Of a DNA stretch of 64,000 bases, positions 36,905 to 48,000 are shown piece after piece; within the stretch, counting starts at the first letter, position 1, and each line of letters opens with the position of its first letter. This DNA comes from Amoebophrya sp. A120. Taxonomy: Eukaryota > Protista > Dinoflagellata. Position numbers and translations under genes: made by a program. Below the pieces are notes generated by a model that was not told where the DNA came from, ran no database searches, and saw only the letters and a list, made by a program, of their open reading frames with translations. Where the stretch lies: positions 2,054,778 through 2,118,777 of the forward strand of contig CAJINV010000010.1 in assembly GCA_905178155.1 (NCBI GenBank), written 5' to 3'.

Positions 36905-39900
36905 TCATGTGCTTCTTCTTGCATCAACGTCGTCGGAACATACTTCCAGAGCAGGTTCAAACTGGCCCGGAGCTGCGTGTATCCTGTCCAACTCCGCGTT
37001 GGAGGGCCATATGCATTGCAAAAGTATCGATCGCATTCGCACTCGTGCTCGTCGTATAAATGCATTACAAATTTTCTCAGCACGAGAAAGAAAATTTGTA
37101 ATGCTGATTTACGTATAAGAAAAGAATTTCTAATGCATGATTGCGATACGAGTACGATACTTTTGCACAGGATAGGCCAAAAGCAAACTTGAATCCGGTT
37201 CTTTATCAGCACCTTAACGAACACCTCGAAATTGGTCAGCGGCGTTTTCGTGGCCTCCTCCTGCGAACCAGTGTTACTCTCCGGCACCGGCTCCTCCTCT
37301 CCGGCACCCGCAAAATCATCGTCCACGTTGTGGTGCTGTGTGTCGCATGTTGAGTCTTGCTCCACCTCCGGGGTACTGCAACTAGTTGTCCTCTCGTCAA
37401 TTGATGTACTAGTGCCAGCATCCTCGTCCTCCTCGTTGACGAAGACGTCATGATTATTAGTAGCAGCTGCAAAGCCAGCCCGTTCAAGAAAATCATTTTC
37501 TTTTTCACGCAGCTGCTCCTCGTCCTCCACATCTTCACAGGTGCTGGCACTACAACTTCTTCCCCGGCTAGCCGCACCCTCACCTCCTGCTCCTGCGCGA
37601 AAGCTAGTGCTGCACTTATCCCGCTTCATCTTCACACTGATCAAAACGTGGAACAGATGCAGGCTCCCCTTCTCGCAGTTCTCCCTCATCACCGTCACAA
37701 GCTCCTCCGCATGCGCTCTCGAGTCATTCCGGTTTTCGAGCAACTCGTAGTGCAACAAAACCCGCCTCCCAGTCTGTTCGACGAAGTAGTTATGAATTGC
37801 AAAAGTGTATTGTCTCGTGGTCCTAGCAGAAATTGGAATTGCACTAGCGGTACACATTTTTTCAAAAACAAAAATGGTGGACTTTGTCATGCTATATAAG
37901 CACCAGGCAAGAAGTCTGTCTTGGACTCGTTTATGCAATCATATGACTGCAACGTGACTACGAGCACGATACAAAAACTTTTGCAATTCATAGTAGTTGA
38001 GTTCTTGCAAAACTTCCTCCAGCCGGTAAATTCGGTTCAGCGGGACGAGGGAATCCCTCTCTTCGGGGAAAGCCGAGCCGACGGTGAGAACCAAGTTGAT
38101 TTGCCGCCCATAATTCCTCATAGTTTCCGGTGCTGCTCGCCCTCGAGATGGATGTCGAACACCAGTCGTGTCTGTTGTTTGATGCCCGTTATCATTCTCA
38201 AAATGTTGCTGGTGTTGATGTAATTGTACTTCTAGTTCTCCTTCGTCCTCTCCAACCGTCGCACGAGATGAACCATCTTCCGTTTCATCTCCTGTATGAA
38301 CTGCAAAAGTATCGTATAAATGCATTACAAATTTGACTTTCCTCAGCATGAGAAATAAAATTTGCAATGCTAATGCATGATTGCAATACAACGAGTACGA
38401 TACGTTTGTAATGCGTATCCTTCACAACTGAGCAATTTCCGGATCCCGGGAATCACGCCCGCCGTGTGCAGGAAAATCCGGCGCGGCTGTCCTGTGCAAA
38501 ACTATCGCACTCGTTTCGTAGTAATTGCAGTCATACATTACAAATCTTTTTCTTAAGCTAAATCAGCATCACAAATTTTATTTCTCATGCTGAGAAATTT
38601 GTAATGCATTTATACGAGTACGATACTTTTGCACTTCATAGCGGCGAAATGCCGACCAGTAGCGGGTGCGTTAAGAGTTCCAAAGCTTCGAACGTACTCG
38701 GATTGGCAAGAGGCTCACCGACACCATTGAAATGGAGGAAAGAGAACGAGAAGGAGGCAGCTGCTGCACCAGCTCTTGGCTTGTTCTTGTTGCCAGACCT
38801 GCTGTGTACAACTTCGCCGCGGGTCGTGGAACAAGTGGAAATGTGCTGCGCCTGCGGTCCTAGTTGCTGCTCCTGTTGCATTATCAAATGTAAAAATGTC
38901 TGGGTCTGGAAAGTTGTGATGCAGGCCACTGAATAAGAAGGACACTGTAATGCGCCGCCAAGCATGACAAGTTTTTTCATGCTTCTGCGTTGCGTATTCC
39001 GCATGAGAAACTGCGTGTTTGCATGACAGGCTAGGGAAGCTCTTGGTTGCCACGCAATACAGATCCCAGAGTCATGCCAGACTAGCATGACAAGTCTCGC
39101 AATCTCCCAGACCCAGACATTTTTACAATCCATATGCATATTATTCATTCCCACGAAGTACAGCACTTGGTCCACGATTTCGTCACAAGTCAGCTGTCGC
39201 AGGAATTTCGGAGCCGTAAAGCCTACGGAATCCGGATCGTCTGGATTCGCAAACGCATACCCCTGCTGGGAGGAAATGGACAGATAGGATTTAGTGCCGA
39301 ACCAGGTCGACGTAGTGAGGATTTGCAGGGCGGGACTGGAAGTAGAGGAGGAAAGGAGGTGCGCGATGGATGAAAGCGACGAATTTTTACTGCCGCCGGT
39401 GGACGATGTTGCTGTTGACCACGAAGATGAGTTCTTATTTTTCCCAGATGGATTGAAAAGCACCGCTTCGATGAGCGGTTGCAGCTTCGAAACAGAGGTA
39501 GAAGAACTTGGTGGTCTCCTGTAGACCACGGGAGTTGATGTACCAAGCACAGCTTCTGGTTCATCTGCTGCCTGCTGAGATCCATTTTCGGTGGAAGACA
39601 CTCCTCCGGTAGAGGTAGTGCCTGACATGATGAACACGCGGCCCCCGCCAGCGTCCTCTCTACAACTACCAACGCGAACGCGCTCGTCTCCACTAGTAGT
39701 TTCCACAGGAGCCACCTCGAGGTTTGTTGCTGACAACTCAACATCAGGAAAATGACCCGTCTGCAGATACCGTGCTTTCTCGCACGCTTCCCGGCTTTTC
39801 CTCCTTCTTTCCTTCCACTCCGCTTTGATTTTCAGCAGTTGGTTCCGGCTCGCGAGAAATTCCTCCCGAGGGAGGAAGAACTGCTTTTGACACGTGGAAA

Positions 39901-40756
39901 AGCAAGAACCGCCCATTGCAACATTCATTTCTGATGCACAACTACTTCCTTGCTGTTGGTGACGAGAGCTGCTGCGGGGGCCATCGTCCCGACCATTTCT
40001 TGATTTTGAATTGCTACAGGCACTGTCGCCTCGCTCCTCAAACCCGACGTCCCGGTTCCAGAACGGGACCAAGGAGCTCACATTCCGCCCGAACTCGTTT
40101 CTCAACTCGTACAGTAGTGGTTTCGGCACGTGCGTCATGTCGCACCACTGCTGCGTATGAGAGTGCACAAGTACTCCCCCTCTCGTCCCTCATTTGTCAT
40201 GCAAAACCCCATACCCAAGTGCGTCCCCGTGGCACCGTTTGCGTGACAGATTCCGGAACAAGAAGCCCAAACAGTACTACAAACACTAGGCGCATAAATT
40301 TGCCATGCACAACCTGTCAGGTTCCACGTGTGCTGGTGTTTGCATTTTTGCTGTTCATGCAATACAAATGACGACGCGGGGGAGTTGTGCACCACTGTCA
40401 TACTGCACCCCGTGCTTGTAAACTTCCGTGATGACCTGCTGGAGTCGGTAGTTCTTCTGTTTGTGATGTTCTTTGTCCTGCGGTTTCGAAGTGGAAGTTG
40501 TTCTGTGCTTGTTGTTTTCTGGCACAGTGGCTTCTCGTGACGAAATAAATGCCGTTCGCGATTTCGTTTGTCTCGTCTTCGTCATTGCCGCCTTTGTGTT
40601 CTTGCCGTTGAAAAACTGCACCAGTCGCTTCAGCAGAGGCCCACCTGCAACGGAACAAATTCTACCTGGTCCAGCAGTAGCAGCTCGCGAGGAAGACGTG
40701 GCGGTCCCTGTGGCCTGCCGGACGAGAGGACCACCCATGTTGGCCGAGGCGGACAT
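36905..40756 (-). CDS. Cfr/RlmN-family radical-SAM RNA methyltransferase homologue, predicted inactive
   Basis: After removing 6 introners: YRLQQV..DMTHVPKPLLYELRNEFG, SISSQQG, LTCDEIVDQVLYF, GVGEPLAN..ISPRRIFLHTAGVIPGIRKL, INLVLTVGSAFPEERDSLVPLNRIY, NDSRAHAEEL and IHAAPGQF, colinear with Cfr/RlmN motifs recalled from memory. No CxxxCxxC. Confidence 0.82.
37010..37174. mobile_element. Introner, family B
   Basis: Perfect TSD GGCCA; removal brings the AAPGQF motif into frame. Confidence 0.92.
37791..37992. mobile_element. Introner, family B-like
   Basis: TIR TATGAATTGCAAAAGT; perfect TSD GTAGT. Confidence 0.9.
38295..38417. mobile_element. Introner, family B
   Basis: Family-B ends; TSD TCCTG/TCCTT. 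Confidence 0.85.
38488..38640. mobile_element. Introner, family B
   Basis: Perfect TSD GCGGC; opposite orientation to 37010. Confidence 0.9.
38882..39134. mobile_element. Introner, family A
   Basis: Family-A TIR; perfect TSD TGCAT. Confidence 0.92.
40156..40402. mobile_element. Introner, family J
   Basis: Homologous to 22728; TSD CTGCG/CTGCA. Confidence 0.9.
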
Positions 40757-41178
40757 TTCTTTGGGTTACAACCGTGCGGCTTCCCTCACTGATCATTTCA
40801 GAAACCAAACTGCATCCAGAAATATCTTCAAATACGAAAAGCAAAAGGATCACTTCTTTCATCCTGCAAGACGGCAGCGGAAGTAGACATCAGCCCTTTC
40901 CGATGTTGATCACGTATGATCATTTCTGCAGCTTGTTGCAGTGGCGGTGTTGAACACTTGAAGTGACTAAGTCGCAGCTCTCCCTTGTGTCAAAGATCGA
41001 AATCCAAGACGAAACTGTTCATCTGTTCCTCCTGATAGTACATGTTGATGTTTATAGGTTTTCCGGAATTTGTCGCAAAGGAATCAGGTAAGACAGTAGC
41101 AAGGTTCTTCTTTCTGGCCGCGTTCTACTTGGCCGCTAGAGAAGTAGCCAACGATGAACGCCCGTCTTGCAGCTCTTC

Positions 41179-42386
41179 AGTCTTTGTACTACGGTGGATT
41201 TTCAGTCTTTGTACTCATGGTGGATTTTCAGTCTTTGTACTACCGATCTGCGTTTTCAATGCACTACCGGGATAATAATTCCCATACTAAATCGGTAGTG
41301 GCTGCGTTTCCTTCATTATTTTCGTACGGTAGTGCAAACCCGAACACCCCTGCTACGGCGGATTTCAGGTCTTTGCGCTACCGGGATAGCAAAAGGATTC
41401 GCAACGAAAAAACAAAAAAAAACTGCTCCCAAGGTCGCGAAATTTATCGCGATCGGAGTGGGATTCGTGATTGTTATCCCGGTAGTGCAGCAAAAATGTG
41501 AGCCAAAGATGTGAGCTCAGCTCTTGGGGCGCCTGGCCTCTGCTCTCCTCAGTCTCTTGAGGCGAGCGCCGAGGCGCCCGCCGGGAAGCCACCGGCTCGT
41601 CTTCAGGCAAGGCGAAGCGCTCGACTTTCTCCGGTTGGGCATCAGCTCTTGGGGCTGGCTCAACTCTTGATGATGCGATGGGGCCAGGCGCGTAGCCCCC
41701 CGCGGATTAGGGTCCGGCGCCAAGGTGTTTTTCCGGATGAAAGGGAAGCTTTTTTCCCTTGTTTTTGAAGATGGGTGCTACGGATGAACTTCCCGACTTA
41801 CGCATGACAAGCGTGACGGAAGGTCTCCGCAAACGCGGCACTTTACGGTCTGAGTCCTTCGATTTCATAGAAAAAACAGGACGCAGATGCATGCAGCCTA
41901 TGCATGACAAACCTGACGGAAGCTCTCTGCAGACGATGCATTTTACGGGCTGAGTCCATCGGTTTTCCACCAAAAACAGGGCAGACGAATGCGAACTTAT
42001 GCGCGACGAGCTTGACCTAAATACACAAAAGTAAGGCACTCGCAAGCGATGCATTTTACGGGCGGAATCCATCGACTTCCTATAAGAAACAAGACAGAGA
42101 CTGCTGCACTAGCTAGGTAGAACGACGAGGATTGCAATAGTGTGAAGCTTTGCAATGGTGTGACTCTGCTAGCTAATGATGGCTCATGATGACGGTGAAG
42201 CTTGCTAGATTTCGGATTTCGGCTAAGTAGCTACGTAACTAGCGTGCCCAATGTCGGCCCGTTCCTTGGCTTTGCCGACCTTGCCTGTTTTTTTGCCATG
42301 ACCTTGACTAACAAAATTTGGGGCACCTTGACTAACCCGGTAGTACATCGAGTAACCCGGTATCGGTAGTACAGCTACGTTCCATA
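41179..42386. mobile_element. Unclassified 1.2-kb insertion flanked by a 74-bp direct duplication
   Basis: 41105-41178 is repeated at 42387-42460; subterminal inverted motifs TGTACTACCGAT / ATCGGTAGTACA; about 25-bp tandem repeats at the left end. Confidence 0.55.
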
Positions 42387-42416
42387 TTCTTCTTTCTGGC
42401 CGCGTTCTACTTGGCC

Positions 42417-44374
42417 GCTAGAGAAGTAGCCAACGATGAACGAACGTCTTGCAGCTCTTCGCCAAATCATGTGTCTCTTTTTCGTTGCGTTCCTTCCGAG
42501 TGTTATCCAGAGCACACACCCAAGCGGCCCGTTGGGCCGCGCCTATTGGGGCTGGGACTGGGTCAAGCAGGCCGTGCCTAGCTTCCGTAGCGGGGAACGG
42601 CCCACTCCACCACAAACACGTCTGTCCGGACGAACCGGCACGACGTGAGCGGCCAGACTCAGGCGATATGTGGTCAGCTGCACAGGGCGGATCACATCAG
42701 AACAGGAGCAGCATTTCCCCAGAGGAGTAACAAACCACTGCGCTAGCGCAGCTAGAGCAGCAAAGCACCGAGCTAGCTTCCCACTGTGGCACCCAGGTCT
42801 CTGCGATCCGAGAGTGGCAAAGCAAACAAACTAACGGGAGGAAAACAGCCATCTCGTCCGCTGCCGCTAGCTATCCTAGCCTAGACGCCCTCCTCGGGAC
42901 AAGCGGACCGCCCGAAACTTCCAAAAAGCAGCTCCCCTGTGGCACGCAGACAGCCAAACTCCTTGCGCTGCCCGGTTAACCAAACCGAATAGACGCGCAC
43001 CTCCAGTGTGCCCCCAGCCTCTGGCTCGCTGGGCAAATAGCAAGCGGCCCGAAAAAACAAACCCAGCCACTGCAGGCCCGGCAAACTCCCATCGAACCCC
43101 AACGAGCAGACCGCCGCTGCTGGAAGACTCACCCACGCTGACCACGGACGTTTGCGCCATTCCCCGAAATTACGGCCAAGGCCCGTCTAATCGCTAGGGA
43201 GGAAAAATTCCTTTCGGAAGGCGAGGAAGGATGTCTTATCGTCTGAAAATACTGCTGTCGACCCAAAGCGAACCAGGCTACCCTTGCTAGAAAGCCGCCC
43301 CCCCAAGGGAAATCCAAAACTCAAACTGAGCAACCACCATGCCAAACGACCCCTGTTCCCAAAGCCAGGCTAGAGAAGTAGCCAACGATGAACGCCCGTC
43401 TTGCAGCTCTTCGCCAAATCATGTGTCTCTTTTTCGTTGCGTTCCTTCCGAGTGTTATCCAGAGCACACACCCAAGCGGCCCGTTGGGCCGCGCCTATTG
43501 GGGCTGGGACTGGGTCAAGCAGGCCGTGCCTAGCTTCCGTAGCGGGGAACGGCCCACTCCACCACAAACACGTCTGTCCGGACGAACCGGCACGACGTGA
43601 GCGGCCAGACTCAGGCGATATGTGGTCAGCTGCACAGGGCGGATCACATCAGAACAGGAGCAGCATTTCCCCAGAGGAGTAACAAACCACTGCGCTAGCG
43701 CAGCTAGAGCAGCAAAGCACCGAGCTAGCTTCCCACTGTGGCACCCAGGTCTCTGCGATCCGAGAGTGGCAAAGCAAACAAACTAACGGGAGGAAAACAG
43801 CCATCTCGTCCGCTGCCGCTAGCTATCCTAGCCTAGACGCCCTCCTCGGGACAAGCGGACCGCCCGAAACTTCCAAAAAGCAGCTCCCCTGTGGCACGCA
43901 GACAGCCAAACTCCTTGCGCTGCCCGGTTAACCAAACCGAATAGACGCGCACCTCCAGTGTGCCCCCAGCCTCTGGCTCGCTGGGCAAATAGCAAGCGGC
44001 CCGAAAAAACAAACCCAGCCACTGCAGGCCCGGCAAACTCCCATCGAACCCCAACGAGCAGACCGCCGCTGCTGGAAGACTCACCCACGCTGACCACGGA
44101 CGTTTGCGCCATTCCCCGAAATTACGGCCAAGGCCCGTCTAATCGCTAGGGAGGAAAAATTCCTTTCGGAAGGCGAGGAAGGATGTCTTATCGTCTGAAA
44201 ATACTGCTGTCGACCCAAAGCGAACCAGGCTACCCTTGCTAGAAAGCCGCCCCCCCAAGGGAAATCCAAAACTCAAACTGAGCAACCACCATGCCAAACG
44301 ACCCCTGTTCCCAAAGCCAGGCTAGAGAAGTAGCCAACGATGAACGCCCGTCTTGCAGCTCTTCGCCAAATCAT
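42417..44374. repeat. Tandem array with 952-bp period (66-bp X unit + 886-bp Y unit; X-Y-X-Y-X)
   Basis: 42417-43368 is almost identical to 43369-44320; the third X starts at 44321. Confidence 0.95.
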
Positions 44375-44583
44375 TATGCAAGAAAAAAACTGTGTAAGTG
44401 TAAGCCTGTGATGCAGAAAATGCAAAACAGTTACACTTGTCATGCTGGACATGCGTCAGAGGCTCTTTCCGTACGTGTTTTCACGTAATAGCCGCACATG
44501 ACAGGCTCTCTCTGTCATGCAGAGCAAACTTGTGATGCTATTCCTCCAAGAAAGTTACACTAACACAGTTTTTTCCTTGGATA
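44375..44583. mobile_element. Introner-family MITE, family G
   Basis: Perfect TSD ATCAT; empty sites in the other two X copies; inverted homologue of 25977. Confidence 0.93.
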
Positions 44584-45033
44584 ATCATGTGTCTCTTTTT
44601 ACTCTTTGTTTTTCCGTAAACGTTACCGTATCACGCGCAGTACTAATGTGTACAGAGGCTGGTCTGGTGCAGCTTTTAAGATTAAATTTGCTTCTTCAAA
44701 CCGGTCATCTACTTGAAAGATTGATACCAAGGGTGAATTGAATAAAACGCCAATATCTTTAATCCGCGTTTTTCAGTTTGCCTTTGATATACCAAATGCT
44801 CTGCAAGCGCAGGTGCTCGAAGAGAAAGACCGCTCTACTTCCACTACGCCAGCACCGAGCGCGTAGCAGCTGCGCGTGTAGTTGGTGGCAGATTTCTTCC
44901 CCTCTTCCCCACATACCGAATCATCCGCGACGCTATTTCCCTTCGTGGTCCTGTTGCGCAGAAAACAGCACCTCCCACCATCAGTAGAGCCGTGCACAAT
45001 GCTCGTCGTGTTCTTTCGTGCAACAGCAGCACC

Positions 45034-48000
45034 TCACTCCACTGATTGGAAGTCTACTGTATTTATTCCACTTGGATTTGCATTCGCCCCTGCAGCAGCA
45101 CTTGCTGTTCCGCCTGCTGTCGTGGAACCGCCACTAGATCCTGCCCCACCAGACGGCGACACCAGGGGCCTTGGGGGCGGCAGAGCCGGTGCGGCCACTG
45201 GTGCGGAGGACGTGCTGTCTTGCTCGCTAGTGGTCTCTATTGTGTCTAGTGCCGCAGTCCTAGTGGTTCCGCCGTTAATAGCAAAATCCTCCTGTGGTTG
45301 CACAGGCACTTGTTCTATCGCGGTAGAAGTCGAAGATGAAGCGGCTGCTTGTGCGTTCAGCATGTCAAAATTCGCTTCGAAGTCGCTCATTTCCCCGCCG
45401 GAAGTCGTGGTCGCACCACCTCCTGCCGGTCCACCAGCAGTTCCGCCGAAATTACTTACAGAACCGTAGTCCGGCGTACCGAATGTGTTCGGGTCTAAAC
45501 TCGCATCTCGTACGGTTTCCAGGCCGAGCTTTTTGAACAGTACCTGCATCTTCCGACTGTTCAGATCTTCATCCAGGACTCCAGACAGGGTTAACCGCAA
45601 ATTCGCTAAATCAGTGACGCAGTTCTTGACCCCGGCGGTCAACACGAACTCCTCGCGCTGGTAGAAATCGATCTTCTGGTATGCATGGCAAATATGTCTG
45701 GGCGTTCTGGAACATGACAACTTGTCATGATGCCAAATCTGAATCATGCAAAAATCTGCGTTGCATGATTACCAAAAGCTGCCCGGTTTTAGTGCCCAAG
45801 TCAGGAGGGGGATTCTCATGCGGCGGGAAAAGCATGACAGAGATCTCACAAAATCTGTCACGCTAGGTCCTGCATTCTAGACCTCATGGGTCATCATGTA
45901 AAACCTGCATGACAAGTGTGCATATTTATGTCAGACCCAGACATGTTTGCATTTGATATCTGAGCGATTTCCGCGAATTCCTGGCATGTGACGGTATTCG
46001 AAGACAGGAACTGGATGCCACCTGAGGTGGTTTCGCTTTCGCTTTCATATTTCGTTGGATCGATAAGTACAAACGAAAGCAAACACGCTCCTTGCATTCT
46101 TCTCAGCCAACATGCGCAGCAGGCCACCATGAAGAGGAAAGAACTACCGATCTGTCATTCAGAATCAGATCAATGCAAACGACCGTCGCATATTAGCGCT
46201 ACTTGGTGAGAAAAATCACATTTCAGATAACTATGTAAGTACGTGCTCGTCTCAAGTTCCCATCCGGCTGTCCTATCAAATGCAAAAATGTCTGGGTCTG
46301 GAAAATTCCGAGATTTGTCATGCAGTTTTTCAAGCTCCGCCAGGTCTGGAATGCAGGGCCTAGCATCACAGGTTCTGCAGCCCCTGGGTGATGCCTATTC
46401 TGCATGAGAAATGCCCTCGCAACATGGCCAGAAGTGGGGACCTTTTGCAAGTCATGCAACACAGATTTTTGTATGATCCGCTACACGCATCACAAGTTCG
46501 GATTCTTCCAGACCCAGACATTTTTACATTTGATATGTCCGTCCAGGGCGCGGAGCAGGGACTATCAACTGCAAATATGTCTGGGTCTGGAAACTTGTAA
46601 TGCTGGGTTGGGAATAGTGAATGCTCTACTGTAATGCACAGCCAAGCAAGAGAAATAAGATCGCTGCTTAGTGTTGCATTTTCCGCATGACAAACTGCAT
46701 TTTTGCATGACCCGTAAAAGGGTCTCTTCGTGGACACGCATCACAAACTCTTCATCAGGTTCAGCCATGCCAGACAAGCATGACAAACCTTGCATCCTTC
46801 TAGACGTCCAGGGATATTTGAATTTGATAGCGACTCCAAGGTTTCCATTTCTCGCATCTCGACCGTTTTCACGTTCGCGGCTGCACCGGCTCGCAAAGTT
46901 GACCTCGAACCGGTGCTCGTGCTTGCCGTCGAGGCTGCCACTGGTATCCCGGTTGCCACGCCACTCTGGCCTTCCAGGCCACCTGAGAACATTTGTATGA
47001 GGAGTTTCTGATTCTGTTTGTCATGCCCATCATATTCTTATGCGCAAAAAACGAAGGAAAGTACGCCAAGTGCAGCTGTGTAGAAGCAAGTAAGTACTAC
47101 AATACCTCCGCCTGTAAACCCTGTTCCCCCGACCACGCTGCCTGCTTGGTAAACCGTCCCCATTGAAGAATCCGCTGGCATTCCGATGACCGGAACCCCC
47201 AGCGTGTTCGGCGTGCCGCCACTTCGGAAATTGTAGGGCGTTATGCCGCTTGCACCACCAGCGGAGTTCTTTATCAGCGGCCACGTGTTTTCCATTTGTT
47301 TCATGGTGGAGCGCGTATCGAGTTGGACGGCGCAGAGAAAGATCATGGATAAGGTGCTATCAAGTCCAAATACCTCTGGGTATGGAAACTTGGAACTTGT
47401 AGTGCCACCTTTACATTCCTGGAAATAAATCTGTATTGCAGAACCAACAAAAGTCGCAGCCACTTTGTCATGCAAAAAAGCAGACTCTCATGCGGATTGC
47501 GTATGAGAATAAAGCGATCGGGAAAGTTGTCATGCTGGGCTGCATTCGGAAGTAGTTCCGTCATCCACATTTTAGCATCACAGGTTTCCAGACCGAGACA
47601 TATTTGCATTTGATAGGTACTGATGATGGACAAAACTATCGCGAACATGGCGTAAGACTCGCTCGACCTTGACTGCTATCCTGTGCATAAGTATCGTACT
47701 CGTAGTAAAACTCGCAATTATGCACTACAAATGTTTTTCTGAAGGTAAATCCGCATTACAAATTTTCTTTCTCATGCTGAGCATCAAATTTGTCATGCAA
47801 TAAATTATACTAGTACGATACTTGTGGAGTTCATAACTGCTCTGTTTGCTCCGTGTGACCGCCGAGGCAGGCTATGGGATTCTCAAACGTGACATTCTCA
47901 ACCGTTACATGATTTGTCATGCAAAACTACCATGAACCACCAGAAAATCAAGCCACCTCGCATGACAAATCCCCGAAGGGCTAAACAGCGCCCTAAATCT

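Larger units (their letters stand above)
33557..37009. repeat. Tandem segmental duplication (33557-35241 and 35495-37009)
   Basis: LTA4H 5' exons, the intergenic region and the Cfr-like 3' end each occur twice, with a shared element at 34041/35950. Confidence 0.9.

Noticed and set aside
36772-37009. C-terminus GPPTRSWTGY... given by ORF 36772-37938
   Set aside because: Read-through of element 37010-37174; the spliced frame gives the family-like AAPGQF and stops at 36905
41495-41512. Spliced-leader relic (TTTGGCTCAC on the minus strand; GTAGCCA in the X unit)
   Set aside because: Too short and mismatched relative to the dinoflagellate leader CCGTAGCCATTTTGGCTCAAG
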